A DNA stretch of 64,000 bases from assembly GCA_051362555.1 (NCBI GenBank), contig CM120640.1, forward strand, positions 14,942,001-15,006,000, read 5' to 3'. This DNA is from Lingula anatina. Taxonomy: Eukaryota > Animalia > Brachiopoda. The position numbers were made by a program, and so were the translations under genes. Position 1 is the stretch's first letter. Each line of letters begins with the position of its first letter. The notes beneath the pieces were generated by a model that was not told where the DNA came from, did not search any database, and saw only the letters and a list, made by a program, of their open reading frames with translations. This document shows, piece after piece, positions 26,585 through 36,800 of the stretch.

Positions 26585-27691
26585 ATGCCGCGTAAGAAAA
26601 AAACCAAGAAAGGGCAGAACAAAACAGATGCATATTTGCATAGTTTGTATACCAACCCGTCAAACCCTGTAAGCTTTGGTGGCATGTTAAAACTGTATAA
26701 TGCCGCACGAAAAGATGGTAAGAAAATTAGTCGTCAGCAAATCAAAGATTTTCTAGCCGCCCAAGATGTGTATACATTACATGCACCGGTTAGGAAACAA
26801 TTCAGTACAAATCGCGTCATGGTGAATTTTATTGATGATCAATGGCAGGGTGATCTGGCAGACCTCAGTAAAATAGCAAAATACAATAAAGGAATGAAAT
26901 TCTTGTTAACCGTGATTGATATATTTTCAAAATACGCATGGGCAGTTCCAATCAAATCAAAATCAGCGGACAATGTATTAGATGCGTTTAAAGGCATTGT
27001 TTCCGAAGGCAGAAAGCCACTGGTACTTCAAACTGATGCAGGGACAGAATTTACAAATAGAAAATTTCAAGCGTACCTCAAGAGTCAAGGCATAGCTTTT
27101 TTCACAACAAAATCGGAAAGAAAAAGCTCTGTGGTTGAGCGTTTTAACAGAAGCATAAAGACCCGTTTGTACAGATATTTCACAGCAAACAGTACGGTAA
27201 CGTATGTGACAGTCCTAAACGACTTGATGACAGGATACAACCATGCAAAACATCGAAGCATAAAGATGGCCCCAATCGATGTGAATCCACGAAATGCAAA
27301 CATTGTGTGGAAAAACTTGTATGGAAAAGTAAAAATAGGGAAGTCGGGGTTTAAATTTCAAGTAGGAGATACTGTAAGATTAAGCAAAACACGCACCCCT
27401 TTTGCAAAAGGATACGAACAGGGATGGACACAGGAAATATTTACAATATCAGAAAGATTAAACAGAACACCTCCTGTGTATAAGGTGAAAGATTACAATG
27501 GAGAGCAAATCGAAGGTGTCTTGTACGAACCAGAAATGATTAAAGTTATTAAAACTGACGACGTGTATCGTATCGAGAAAATTTTAAAGACCCGTGGAAA
27601 GGGGAAAACTAGGCAGCTTTTTGTAAAATGGGTAGGTTATGATGATCGTTTCAATACTTGGGTAGATTCGAAGGATGTACAAAAAACATAA
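26585..27691 (+). CDS. Retroviral-like (RVE) DDE integrase with C-terminal chromodomain, 368 aa
   Basis: WQGDLAD, QTDAGTEF and VERFNRSIK catalytic motifs; YRIEKIL...FVKWVGYDDRFNTWV chromodomain. Confidence 0.96.
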   Translation: MPRKKKTKKGQNKTDAYLHSLYTNPSNPVSFGGMLKLYNAARKDGKKISRQQIKDFLAAQDVYTLHAPVRKQFSTNRVMVNFIDDQWQGDLADLSKIAKYNKGMKFLLTVIDIFSKYAWAVPIKSKSADNVLDAFKGIVSEGRKPLVLQTDAGTEFTNRKFQAYLKSQGIAFFTTKSERKSSVVERFNRSIKTRLYRYFTANSTVTYVTVLNDLMTGYNHAKHRSIKMAPIDVNPRNANIVWKNLYGKVKIGKSGFKFQVGDTVRLSKTRTPFAKGYEQGWTQEIFTISERLNRTPPVYKVKDYNGEQIEGVLYEPEMIKVIKTDDVYRIEKILKTRGKGKTRQLFVKWVGYDDRFNTWVDSKDVQKT

Positions 27692-27729
27692 ATGTAACCG
27701 GTACCAGACAAAACACCTCATTTGAAAGG

Positions 27730-28461
27730 ATGGCGTCGTCTTTTCATGTTATCTTACCGTCAAACAGCAGCTTTAAGTATTTCCCTAACAACAGACCTGA
27801 GACATTCCAAACAAAACTGTCATCGTCACTTAATCTAGAAGGGGATTTCGAAGTCGCATTGGTGGAACTACAGTACCCATATTCGTGGAATAATATTCAG
27901 AACGGTGTCTTGACATATTACGACGGGGTAAAAACAAATACGTTAAACATTACTGCAGGGTATTATCCGACAGTTGGCGATCTAATAACTGCAATTCACG
28001 ATCAGTTAACAGCTATTGGAAAAACAAACATAACGTTGGGTTATAACATTATCAGTAGACGAGTTACAGTTCACTTGAAATCGGGGGCCTACATCGATGT
28101 TGCGGGAGACATGGCAACAATGCTAGGGTTTAAACCGAATGTCAGAGTTAATGCGGATACAATAGCCCCTTACCCTCCAAACATGACGTTAGGGTTCAAT
28201 TCCCTCTACGTGTATACAGATATTATACAAAATCAGATGGTAGGGGACGCTTCGGCAAATTTACTGAGGATTGTTGATATTAATGGCGTTTACGGACAAG
28301 TGGTCACAAAAACATTTGACAATCCCATTTACATCCCTCTAAATCGTCGTCATATTGACACAATTCGAATAGATATAAGTCGTGACACGGGTGAACTTGT
28401 GCAGTTTGATAGCGGGAAGGCTATAGCGACACTTCATTTTCGCAGAAAGAGTTTATTATAA
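27730..28461 (+). CDS. Minor capsid protein (penton), ~243 aa
   Basis: Likely start MASSFHVILPSNSS..FPNN; EVALVELQYP, LYVYTDII, NLLRIV, YIPL and TLHFRR motifs typical of Polinton minor capsid proteins. Confidence 0.88.
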   Translation: MASSFHVILPSNSSFKYFPNNRPETFQTKLSSSLNLEGDFEVALVELQYPYSWNNIQNGVLTYYDGVKTNTLNITAGYYPTVGDLITAIHDQLTAIGKTNITLGYNIISRRVTVHLKSGAYIDVAGDMATMLGFKPNVRVNADTIAPYPPNMTLGFNSLYVYTDIIQNQMVGDASANLLRIVDINGVYGQVVTKTFDNPIYIPLNRRHIDTIRIDISRDTGELVQFDSGKAIATLHFRRKSLL

Positions 28462-28463
28462 AA

Positions 28464-28841
28464 ATGGATCCTGTATACGTAGCGTTAGTAAAAAGATACG
28501 AAGCACAGGTGGGCGGAGGGTCCATTCATAAATTTAGAGGTACAAGGGTACAATCACGAATGCAAAGAGGCAATGGTAGGCTATTTCAACCTAGACACGC
28601 TGAAATATTGCATGTAGATAGACAGAATAACCCGAAACGCACAGAACAACCCGCAGTAAAGAAGAAACGTAAAAGAAGTCGTACCCCGAAGTCAAAACTT
28701 TATGTTAATGGTGACGTCATAAGGAAAACGTTAAACGCCATGACTATAAAAAAGAACAACACACCTAAAGCATCCAGAAGAGTAAAAGGTAGACGACCAA
28801 AACAGTCACGTTCATTCAAGGCACGAGAAACGAATTTTTAG
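28464..28841 (+). CDS. Small Arg/Lys-rich putative core (DNA-condensing, pVII-like) protein, 125 aa
   Basis: Lies between penton and major capsid genes; QVGGG and QRGNG motifs; KKKRKRSR and RRVKGRR basic tracts. Confidence 0.7.
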   Translation: MDPVYVALVKRYEAQVGGGSIHKFRGTRVQSRMQRGNGRLFQPRHAEILHVDRQNNPKRTEQPAVKKKRKRSRTPKSKLYVNGDVIRKTLNAMTIKKNNTPKASRRVKGRRPKQSRSFKARETNF

Positions 28842-28843
28842 AC

Positions 28844-30163
28844 ATGAATAACACTGAAAATGATCCCATCGTCAGAACTGAATTGGATATATTTTCGAAT
28901 ATACGCGATCATATGCAGACCGATCTGTTATCGAGCTATTTTGAAGAAGTGAGACCTCTCACTGCGGTTGCAGATGTGAGCCCCGTAATAGAATTTGTCA
29001 TTAAAGGAACACCCGACGAATATATCGATACGACGCAAATCAACCTATACGTTGAAGGTCAAATTGTTAAAGCAGATGGAACTGACATCGATGCAGGACA
29101 AAACACGTCAGTTGTGAATAACACGCTACACTCCCTATTTACAGCGGTCGACGTAGAGTTGAATGACCATTTAATAACTGTGGGACAGAATACATATGCC
29201 TACCGCGCATACTTGGAAAATTTATTGTATTATGGGAAAAATGCTAAAGAATCGCTTTTAACTTCGGAAATGTATTACCAAGATACCGATGGACTGATGG
29301 ATGACGTTGATGTAGACGGAGACCCAGGGAATGAAGGATTTAAGGCCCGTAATTCTTGGTTTCAAAGGAGCAGGAGGGTTGAAATGTATGGACCGTTAAA
29401 AATTGACTTAGCCACTCAAAACAAGCTTCTTCTGAATCAAGTGGACGTACGAATCAAGTTGCGAAGGACGTCGCATGCATTTTGCCTTATGTCGGACACG
29501 GATGCACAAGAACAATTTCTGATCAAAAACATATCCCTTTTTGTAAGGAGAGTCAAAGTATCTGATCGGTTGAAACTGGCTCATGAGAACATATTAGCCA
29601 AACACGTAGCATGTTATCCCATGACTAGAAGGGAAGTCAAAGTTATCAATTTACCCAATGGAGTAAGAACGGCTCATATTGACAATGCGTATTTTGGACG
29701 CATGCCTAAACGTATTCTTTTGGCTTTGTTGGAAGATGATGCTTTTTCGGGAGATTATACAAAGAATCCGTTTAATTTCAAACACAACGATTTAAGGCAA
29801 CTTCGATTAATGGTGGCGGGGGAACAAATACCATTCAAACCTTACAATTTTGATTTTAGTGTTCAAGGGGGGTTAAACTACTTAAGGGCGTATTATGATC
29901 TTTTGTCAGCAGTTGGAGCGGCAGACGGAGAGCACAGCATCGATATTGATAGAACTCAATACCTGAATGGATATGTTTTATTCGCTCACGATCTAACCCC
30001 TGATCAAACCTTTGACAATTATATAACTCCAACAAAGCAGGGTTCGCTTAACATCGATCTGGAGTTTGGACAACAGATTAACAATATCGTGTTGCTTGTC
30101 ATGGCAGAATTTGATTCTGTTATCAAAATTGACCAACGTAGGAGCGTTTTTGTAGAATATTAA
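28844..30163 (+). CDS. Major capsid protein (double jelly-roll, hexon-like), 439 aa
   Basis: ELDIF, IEFVI, NNTLHSLF, YAYRAYLENLL, G.MPKR, KNPFNFKH, FAHDLTPD and GSLNIDLEF motifs of Polinton major capsid proteins. Confidence 0.94.
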   Translation: MNNTENDPIVRTELDIFSNIRDHMQTDLLSSYFEEVRPLTAVADVSPVIEFVIKGTPDEYIDTTQINLYVEGQIVKADGTDIDAGQNTSVVNNTLHSLFTAVDVELNDHLITVGQNTYAYRAYLENLLYYGKNAKESLLTSEMYYQDTDGLMDDVDVDGDPGNEGFKARNSWFQRSRRVEMYGPLKIDLATQNKLLLNQVDVRIKLRRTSHAFCLMSDTDAQEQFLIKNISLFVRRVKVSDRLKLAHENILAKHVACYPMTRREVKVINLPNGVRTAHIDNAYFGRMPKRILLALLEDDAFSGDYTKNPFNFKHNDLRQLRLMVAGEQIPFKPYNFDFSVQGGLNYLRAYYDLLSAVGAADGEHSIDIDRTQYLNGYVLFAHDLTPDQTFDNYITPTKQGSLNIDLEFGQQINNIVLLVMAEFDSVIKIDQRRSVFVEY

Positions 30164-30165
30164 AT

Positions 30166-30693
30166 ATGAATACGAAGCAAATAGAATGCATTCTTCAGAC
30201 TGATCCGGTTACGAGTACATGTTTTCAAGGGGTGTTTGCATCAGACGCGATGCCCAAAAAGATATGGACTTATCCAGCATGCCTCGTAGCTAATACGGAT
30301 CCTCACGATAAACCGGGCGTGCACTGGGTTGCTTTTTACTTTGATGAACAGGGACACGGAGAGTTCTTTGACTCTTATGCGAAATCACCTTATTATTACA
30401 ATGCAGCTTTTAAACGTTTTTTAGACGAAAACTCTTTATCTGGGTGGAAGTGTAACACTAGGACATTACAGAGCCTGTATACCAAAGTGTGTGGACAATA
30501 CTGTATATATTACTTGATGAATAGATCTCGTGGAAAAAAATTAGAACAAATACTTAGTAAATTCACCAGCGACAAACAATTTAATGATATATTAGTGTAT
30601 GATTATGTTAATGCACATTGCAACATACCCTACTGTGTAAACGCGTGTTTTCAAGTTTGTAGATCAAAGAAGTCACTAGGAATATTGTATTAA
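30166..30693 (+). CDS. Adenain-like cysteine maturation protease, 175 aa
   Basis: NTDPHDKPGVHW (His), EFFDSY (Asp), LQS...VCGQYC (Gln/Cys). Confidence 0.93.
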   Translation: MNTKQIECILQTDPVTSTCFQGVFASDAMPKKIWTYPACLVANTDPHDKPGVHWVAFYFDEQGHGEFFDSYAKSPYYYNAAFKRFLDENSLSGWKCNTRTLQSLYTKVCGQYCIYYLMNRSRGKKLEQILSKFTSDKQFNDILVYDYVNAHCNIPYCVNACFQVCRSKKSLGILY

Positions 30694-30758
30694 ACACATT
30701 TATTCGAGTAATAATAAAAATACAGCTGTGCAAATACGTTTTATGTTATTATTTTATT

Positions 30759-31520
30759 TCAATATATGTTGAATAAAGATAGTTTAGATTTTACTACATT
30801 TCCCGAATTCCTCTGACTTGGCCTGGGAGCTGGTTTAGTTTTTGCTACATGTCCCGATCCCATCTGAGTTGAACTGGAAGAAGTGTCCAACGACATAATC
30901 TGGTTGCGCCGCTTTACGTTTGAGATGTTATTTAGTGGTACATTAAGACGTTTCAAACCCTTTAAAAATACAGTAAGCCCTGGCGGTTCGTAATTCCTAC
31001 GGGGTACATACAGATCGTTAAACAAATCTACTACATTGCTTCCTTCGTACACTCTACCATTGTATTTCAACTCCCCTTGATCATTATACGACATCACATT
31101 AGGTTGGTTAGACATGTATCTCAAAATTACGTTAGCTTTGCGACGCACACGCTGTGGTATTGCATCTAATATCTCGGCTTTAAGATGTAATACAGATCCA
31201 GCCTCTGACTTGACGATGGGGGTTGCGGTTGCGTCAGTGGTGTCAACTCCAGGTTGTGCTTCTAACGGTTGTGACGAATTGTGCACAACAACTGCAACCG
31301 GTTCGCGTTTTCTCGCTTTACTCAGATATTGACTTTGAAGATCGTTGTAGATACTCATTTTTTCATCGAATGGTACATCGGTCCTTTGCAAAGTTTTCTT
31401 CATTTCATTTTCTAAACGTAGTGTTTCTTCGACAAAGGGGGAATAATTAGCGCTTACTCTCTGTTTCAAAGCATTCAGTTCGTTCTCGTTGATTAAGACC
31501 ATTTTATTGAAGCCTGCCAT
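30759..31520 (-). CDS. Polinton protein of unknown function, 253 aa
   Basis: Intact ORF in the ATPase-strand block; N-terminal coiled-coil-like region, GELKYNG..EGSNVVDL motif, C-terminal QMGSG. Confidence 0.75.
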   Translation of the reverse strand: MAGFNKMVLINENELNALKQRVSANYSPFVEETLRLENEMKKTLQRTDVPFDEKMSIYNDLQSQYLSKARKREPVAVVVHNSSQPLEAQPGVDTTDATATPIVKSEAGSVLHLKAEILDAIPQRVRRKANVILRYMSNQPNVMSYNDQGELKYNGRVYEGSNVVDLFNDLYVPRRNYEPPGLTVFLKGLKRLNVPLNNISNVKRRNQIMSLDTSSSSTQMGSGHVAKTKPAPRPSQRNSGNVVKSKLSLFNIY

Positions 31521-31827
31521 TTCTTGTTATCGGTTTTAGAATTGCCTTAACTGCACCCGGATTCCGTATCAAAATTATTTTTTTCCGCTGAATGGACACT
31601 TGTTTGGAAGCCAGCTGAACGATGACGCGTTTAACCCTCCGTAATGCCGATTTTTCTGTCGCAGTCAGGGTAATATTTGTATTATATAATAGATTAGATG
31701 CGTAGTTACAGATAATTCTAACGAGATCGTAGGGTGAATTCTTAACAACGGCAGTTATCAATTTCTTGTCGGCTATGGAAAGCAAACTGACATGAGCATT
31801 GAATAACTTTTCTGTCTCAACTTTCAT
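31504..31827 (-). CDS. Small basic Polinton protein, 107 aa
   Basis: Intact ORF directly downstream of the ATPase, overlapping the next ORF by 17 nt; IC...NLL.....LT..EK..LRR.K..I..LA.K pattern. Confidence 0.72.
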   Translation of the reverse strand: MKVETEKLFNAHVSLLSIADKKLITAVVKNSPYDLVRIICNYASNLLYNTNITLTATEKSALRRVKRVIVQLASKQVSIQRKKIILIRNPGAVKAILKPITRNGRLQ

Positions 31828-31857
31828 GATACACCGCAGCGATGAAAATATGTTCAG

Positions 31858-32529
31858 TCATTTACATGTGTATGCGTAATGCGTTTCTCCGGGAAAGATA
31901 TTGGTGCGCAGACGAATGCAATCCGCAGTGTTCTGTCTGAGGTCTATGAGTAAATAGCTATGGGCACTGGATGTGGCGTCTTTATAAACATTTATAAACG
32001 ATTTTAGATCGTTGGGATACATTTGCATTCCTAGCGTTTTGACTTGCAGGGAGTCACGGGGGTTTTAAAAAAGAACCAAATAATGACAGTTCAACGATAT
32101 GGTTCGCGCGTGCTTTTCTTTGGGAAATAAATTTTGTACAATCAATACTACACTGATGTTACGATGGTGAGAGCCTTTTGTGAATAGGTCACGGATCCGG
32201 GCATCGTCGCTACATTCGGCAAAAAGATCATCGAGTACCATTAGATTATTTAATTGAGAATCAAAAAAGGTGGCGTCGGTTAAGTCGGTAGGAATACCTT
32301 TAAAGAATGTTACTGTGTCAGGGTGTTCCCTCTGAATATCATCGAACAACTGCTGCCAAATATCGTAACAATATATTATCTTTTGTGGCGACGGTGAAAT
32401 CATTTTATCGGCATTTGATAATAGCCTTTTAATCCATACTGTTTTTCCTGAACCAGTGGGCCCTGCTAAAAGAGCAGTGAAAGGGTGTTTTAGATGTGTA
32501 TCGTACATGTCCAAAAATGTAATTGACAT
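31858..32529 (-). pseudogene. A32/FtsK-like DNA packaging ATPase with one in-frame TAA at 32065-32067
   Basis: Walker A GPTGSGKT, Walker B MVLDDL, SHHRNIS, RTISLN. Reading through the stop gives LVLF*NPRDSLQVKTLGMQMYP...YLLIDLRQ...RLRTNIFPGE, ending at TGA 31858-31860 (223 codons). Confidence 0.92.
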
Positions 32530-33108
32530 TTATCGGCTTGAAGAGTTTACTTTATACCTTTTATCACGTGTTATACACAAACGACATATTATTTCCTGAG
32601 TCTTTCCATGATGAAGTTCTACGTGTTTCTAAGTTTTCGCTTACTATTATCCTTACAACATCTGGTTTTCAACGGTCAATGTTCAAGTTTTATAATTAGC
32701 CTGGCTATGCTAGCGCTTTGATCTATGTAGTAATGTGATTTATTAGGAGGGGCCTGGACATTTTAATTGAGACAGTGGTTAGGGAACACTGTTTCTATCT
32801 ATCCATACATGTGAAGTGATAAAAATTGCAGTAAAATTGATAACCGCTTTTCATTTTCAAGCTAAAGTTCGTAGGTTCGGGGGAGGGTACTTAGTGACAC
32901 GGTACATTCAGTTCTCATGCATCGTACACAAAGAGGCAATCGCCATTAATTAATGTGTGCTGTTTCGTCTCTATGGGCCTTTCAATAGCGTGTGATTGTG
33001 CTTGTGCACATTCTTTTGTGAAGAGATTACGTTGAGAGCGACACTGAAAGTACTAAAGAGACTGGTGTTGTTTCTGTACACGGGGGGTACAATAGAAGAC
33101 CACAGCAC

Positions 33109-33222
33109 GTACATTATTAACAACATTTTCCCCCGAAGACGATATTATTGATAGTATCCGATTTGTACGGCAGGTACATTATTAACAACATTTTCCCCCG
33201 AAGACGATATTATTGATAGTAT
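33109..33222. repeat. 49-bp perfect direct repeat in the ATPase/PolB intergenic region
   Basis: gtacattattaacaacattttcccccgaagacgatattattgatagtat at 33109-33157 and 33174-33222. Confidence 0.9.
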
Positions 33223-33896
33223 TTGCTTTGTGTTATGTTCTACTACATTTTATTGAGTGCAACGCTGACTATGTAATGAAATTTAAACGCGTATCAATCG
33301 ATACAATAGAACAACTGTAGTCACACCCATGCGTGTTGTTGTAAGGGATTACATCAAGAGAGTGGCATTGAAATTATAAGAGGCTGGTGTTGATTCTGTG
33401 AACAGGGAGGACAATATAAGGCCAGGGCATATGAATAATCAACAGCATTTTCTCACGGTTGTCACCCTACATTTTCCCGCGAACAACACAATGGTATACG
33501 TAATTTTATGTGACGTGGGATATTTTTATTGGTTAAAAGTTTTATTTCATTATTCTTAATATTAAACATCGTGGCTTCGACGTCATTTGAGCATTAACGT
33601 CTGTGGAGGCATGTCGCGGCAATACATTGTAGAAGGTCCCATGGAGAGCCAGTGTAGGAGCACACAAAATGTAAGTTACTGAACATTCAGTCAATTTAAT
33701 TCACGTTAAAATTTTTGTATATATCGTTAACATTGTGTCTAAAATGTTTAGCTGTCTGAAAACGGGGGACTGATTTGATTTTTTGATCTTTATAGATATC
33801 ACGCACAGTGGCTATTGCTTGAGCTTGAGATTTCCTTACCCTCACCCCTTACATTACCCCTCCTTTTATTACATGTGCCTTTAACACTATTTTATC

Positions 33897-36800
33897 ATGG
33901 GTGACACAGAGTCTGAGGGATCGGTTTCTAATTTGTGGGAAGACATGAGTAATGAGGATGATTTATTGAATGCGGAGCATGAGAGTGGTGATGAGTTATG
34001 GGCTGATTCAAATGTAACAGACGATCAGCTGGTAAATCATGTAGATCAGTTCGAAGGTGAACTCGGGATGGGGTTAGATTATAGAAGGTTTTATAATCTG
34101 CGACGGGTCAATGAACGGCGCATGAAAAAATTTTCAACTGTAAACACGGACTATCAGCTCACATTCTCCCATTTAGAAAATAGAAGTTTAAATTCTATGA
34201 TCCCGTTCCTACGTGAGCTTTTCCAAAACATATTTGACGACTTAGTGCAGAACATGCTTCCTCATGATTTGGTCAGAATTGTCTTGCAATCTGACACGTT
34301 AGAGTATCCCATATCAATAGCGTTCACGAGGGTATCTGAATTTACAGTGGATCTCTTTTTGGACGAATTGATAAGAGTATTACAGTCTCACGAGGAGTTT
34401 AGACTTGACGCATCTATTATTTTAACTGTGTGTCATGTCAGTATGCCACGCCCTGGTGGAGCAAGATTAAAAAGAGGGTCTATGGGTCTGCAGAGCTTTC
34501 TCCACGCAAAGCGTTCAGTCATTCAAATACGTAACGGGGCGGGAGATCAGTTGTGTTTAGCGCGTGCATTGGTTGTAGCTATGGCCAAAGCAGATAATGA
34601 CCCCGAATATGCAACAATCGTTGATAACCGTTGTCGTGAACAATTAGAAAGAGCCCAAGGCTTGCATACAAGAGCTGGAGTACCGTTAGGTCCTTGTGGT
34701 GTCCCTGAAATTAAACAGTTTCAGTCATATTTGAGTAATTATCAAATATCTGTGTTTTCTGGAGATCACTTTATGAGTTTAATTCATAAAGGACCTTCAG
34801 CTTTGAAGGAGCTGTTTTTATTTTATCATAAGGGGCATTATGATGTCATAACTTCGATAACAGGTTTCATGGGTAGAGCGTACTATTGTACGGAATGCAA
34901 TATAGGTTTTGATCACATGGGTGACCATTCGTGCGAAAAATATTGCGAGAGGTGTAAAAAGGATTCGTCATGCAAGTTTGAAAATTGGCGTCATTGCGAT
35001 CAGTGTAGCAGAAATTTCCTCTCTGACAGCTGTTTTAGAAATCATACACTTGTACCCGAACAAGGTAAATGGTCAACCTGCCGACGATTTACTCTTTGTA
35101 AAAAGTGCACTAAATTTGTCGATCATAAAAGGGAAGAAAAACATGTGTGTTACACTTACAAGTGCAAGTCATGTAATAAGTACGTCAAAGACGGTCACTT
35201 ATGTTACATGCAAATTGATAGAGATGACCTTGGTGAGGATGATGACGATTTACTTATGTATATCGATGAGAATCCTGCTGCCAATTTCATTGGTAAGTTT
35301 AAACCTGGTTCAAAACGCCCTTTCATATTTTTTGATTTTGAAGCGCAGCCATCGCATGTTCATACCCCTAATCTAGTGGTTGCTCACAGGGTATGTCATC
35401 ACTGTCTAAATTTAGACGTAACCCCCACTAGTACATGTGAGCTATGTGGCAAAAATGAACATGTGTTTAAGGGGCCGTCGTGTGTTGATGAATTTTGCAA
35501 ATGGGTATTTGAAGATCAGAGTTTTGAACGTGCACAAGGTAAAAGGAAAAGGAAAGGAAAAAACAAAGGAGGTCGCAGTAAACGAATGAATCCTGGAGCA
35601 TCGTTATGTTTTGATGGTGCTGAGTATGAATGTGAGAATGACGAGGAGGATATGATCATACATAATGGGGCTATATTGTTGGCACACAACATGTCTGGTT
35701 ATGATGGTTTTTTCCTCTTAAAATGGCTCAAAGACCAATGTATCGTTCCTGAGGTGATATTACGGGGCGCCAAGGTGCTTTCTATTAAGGTGGGCGATAT
35801 AACCGTTATTGATTCTTACAGCTTCCTCCCCATGGCACTCAACAAACTTCCCGCTGCATTTGGTCTAGATGAATCCCTGTCAAAGGGCTACTTCCCCCAC
35901 TTCTTTAATACCCCTGAAAACCAAGACTATAGGGGTAAAATGCCCGCCACTAATTTCTATGGCTCTGATTCAATGTCTACCGGTGCGAGAGAAAAATTTT
36001 TGGCATGGTACAATGATCAGGTTAGTCAAAACTATATATTTGATTTCCAAAAGGAAATACTCATATACTGCCGCATGGACGTCACCATTCTTCGGCAAGC
36101 ATGTCTCCGATTCAGGAAATTGATGCTTGATATAACAGTTGCGAATGGTGTGGAAATTGATGTTTTTTACAGATCTATCACTATAGCCAGCGCATGCAAT
36201 GTTGTGTTCAGATCTTTATTTCTTATGCAAAACACGATCGGCATTATTCCAACACAGGGGTATAAGCCGAAAAACAAAACGTCCGTGAAAGCAGCTAAAT
36301 GGTTGCGGTATAGGGCGGAGCGTGACAATGTCTTTATACAGCATGCTCATAATCAGGGAGAAAAGAAAATAGGAAAGTTTGTCGTTGATGGTTGGGCGTC
36401 AACAACTAACACTGTCTACGAGTATCAGGGGTGTTTTTGGCATGGGTGTCCAAAATGTTACAACATTTACAATATCAACAATGTCAATTTGATGACAATG
36501 GGTGAGTTGTTAGAAAGGACGGTGGATAAGAAGCATGCGCTTCAATCTTTAGGTTTCAACTACATAGAGGTATGGGAGTGTGAGTTTGACAGGGTCATAC
36601 GGGAGGATGCTGGCGTGAAAGAAATAGTGGATAGCGTGAACGTTGTCGATTGTATTGATCCTCGTGAAGCCTTTTACGGGGGCAGGACGAACGCAGTCAA
36701 GCTTTTTTGTCAGGCAGATCAGGGACAGAAAATACGTTACATTGACGTGTGTAGTCTATATCCCTATGTCAACAAATACAAACCATACCCCCTCTGTCAC

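Noticed and set aside
27658-27729. N-terminal extension of the penton ORF
   Set aside because: Starts at a non-ATG codon and overlaps the integrase; the family-like sequence begins at ATG 27730.
34909-36123. Alternative-frame ORFs within pPolB (34909..35376, 35869..36123)
   Set aside because: Shadow frames with non-ATG starts and no motifs.
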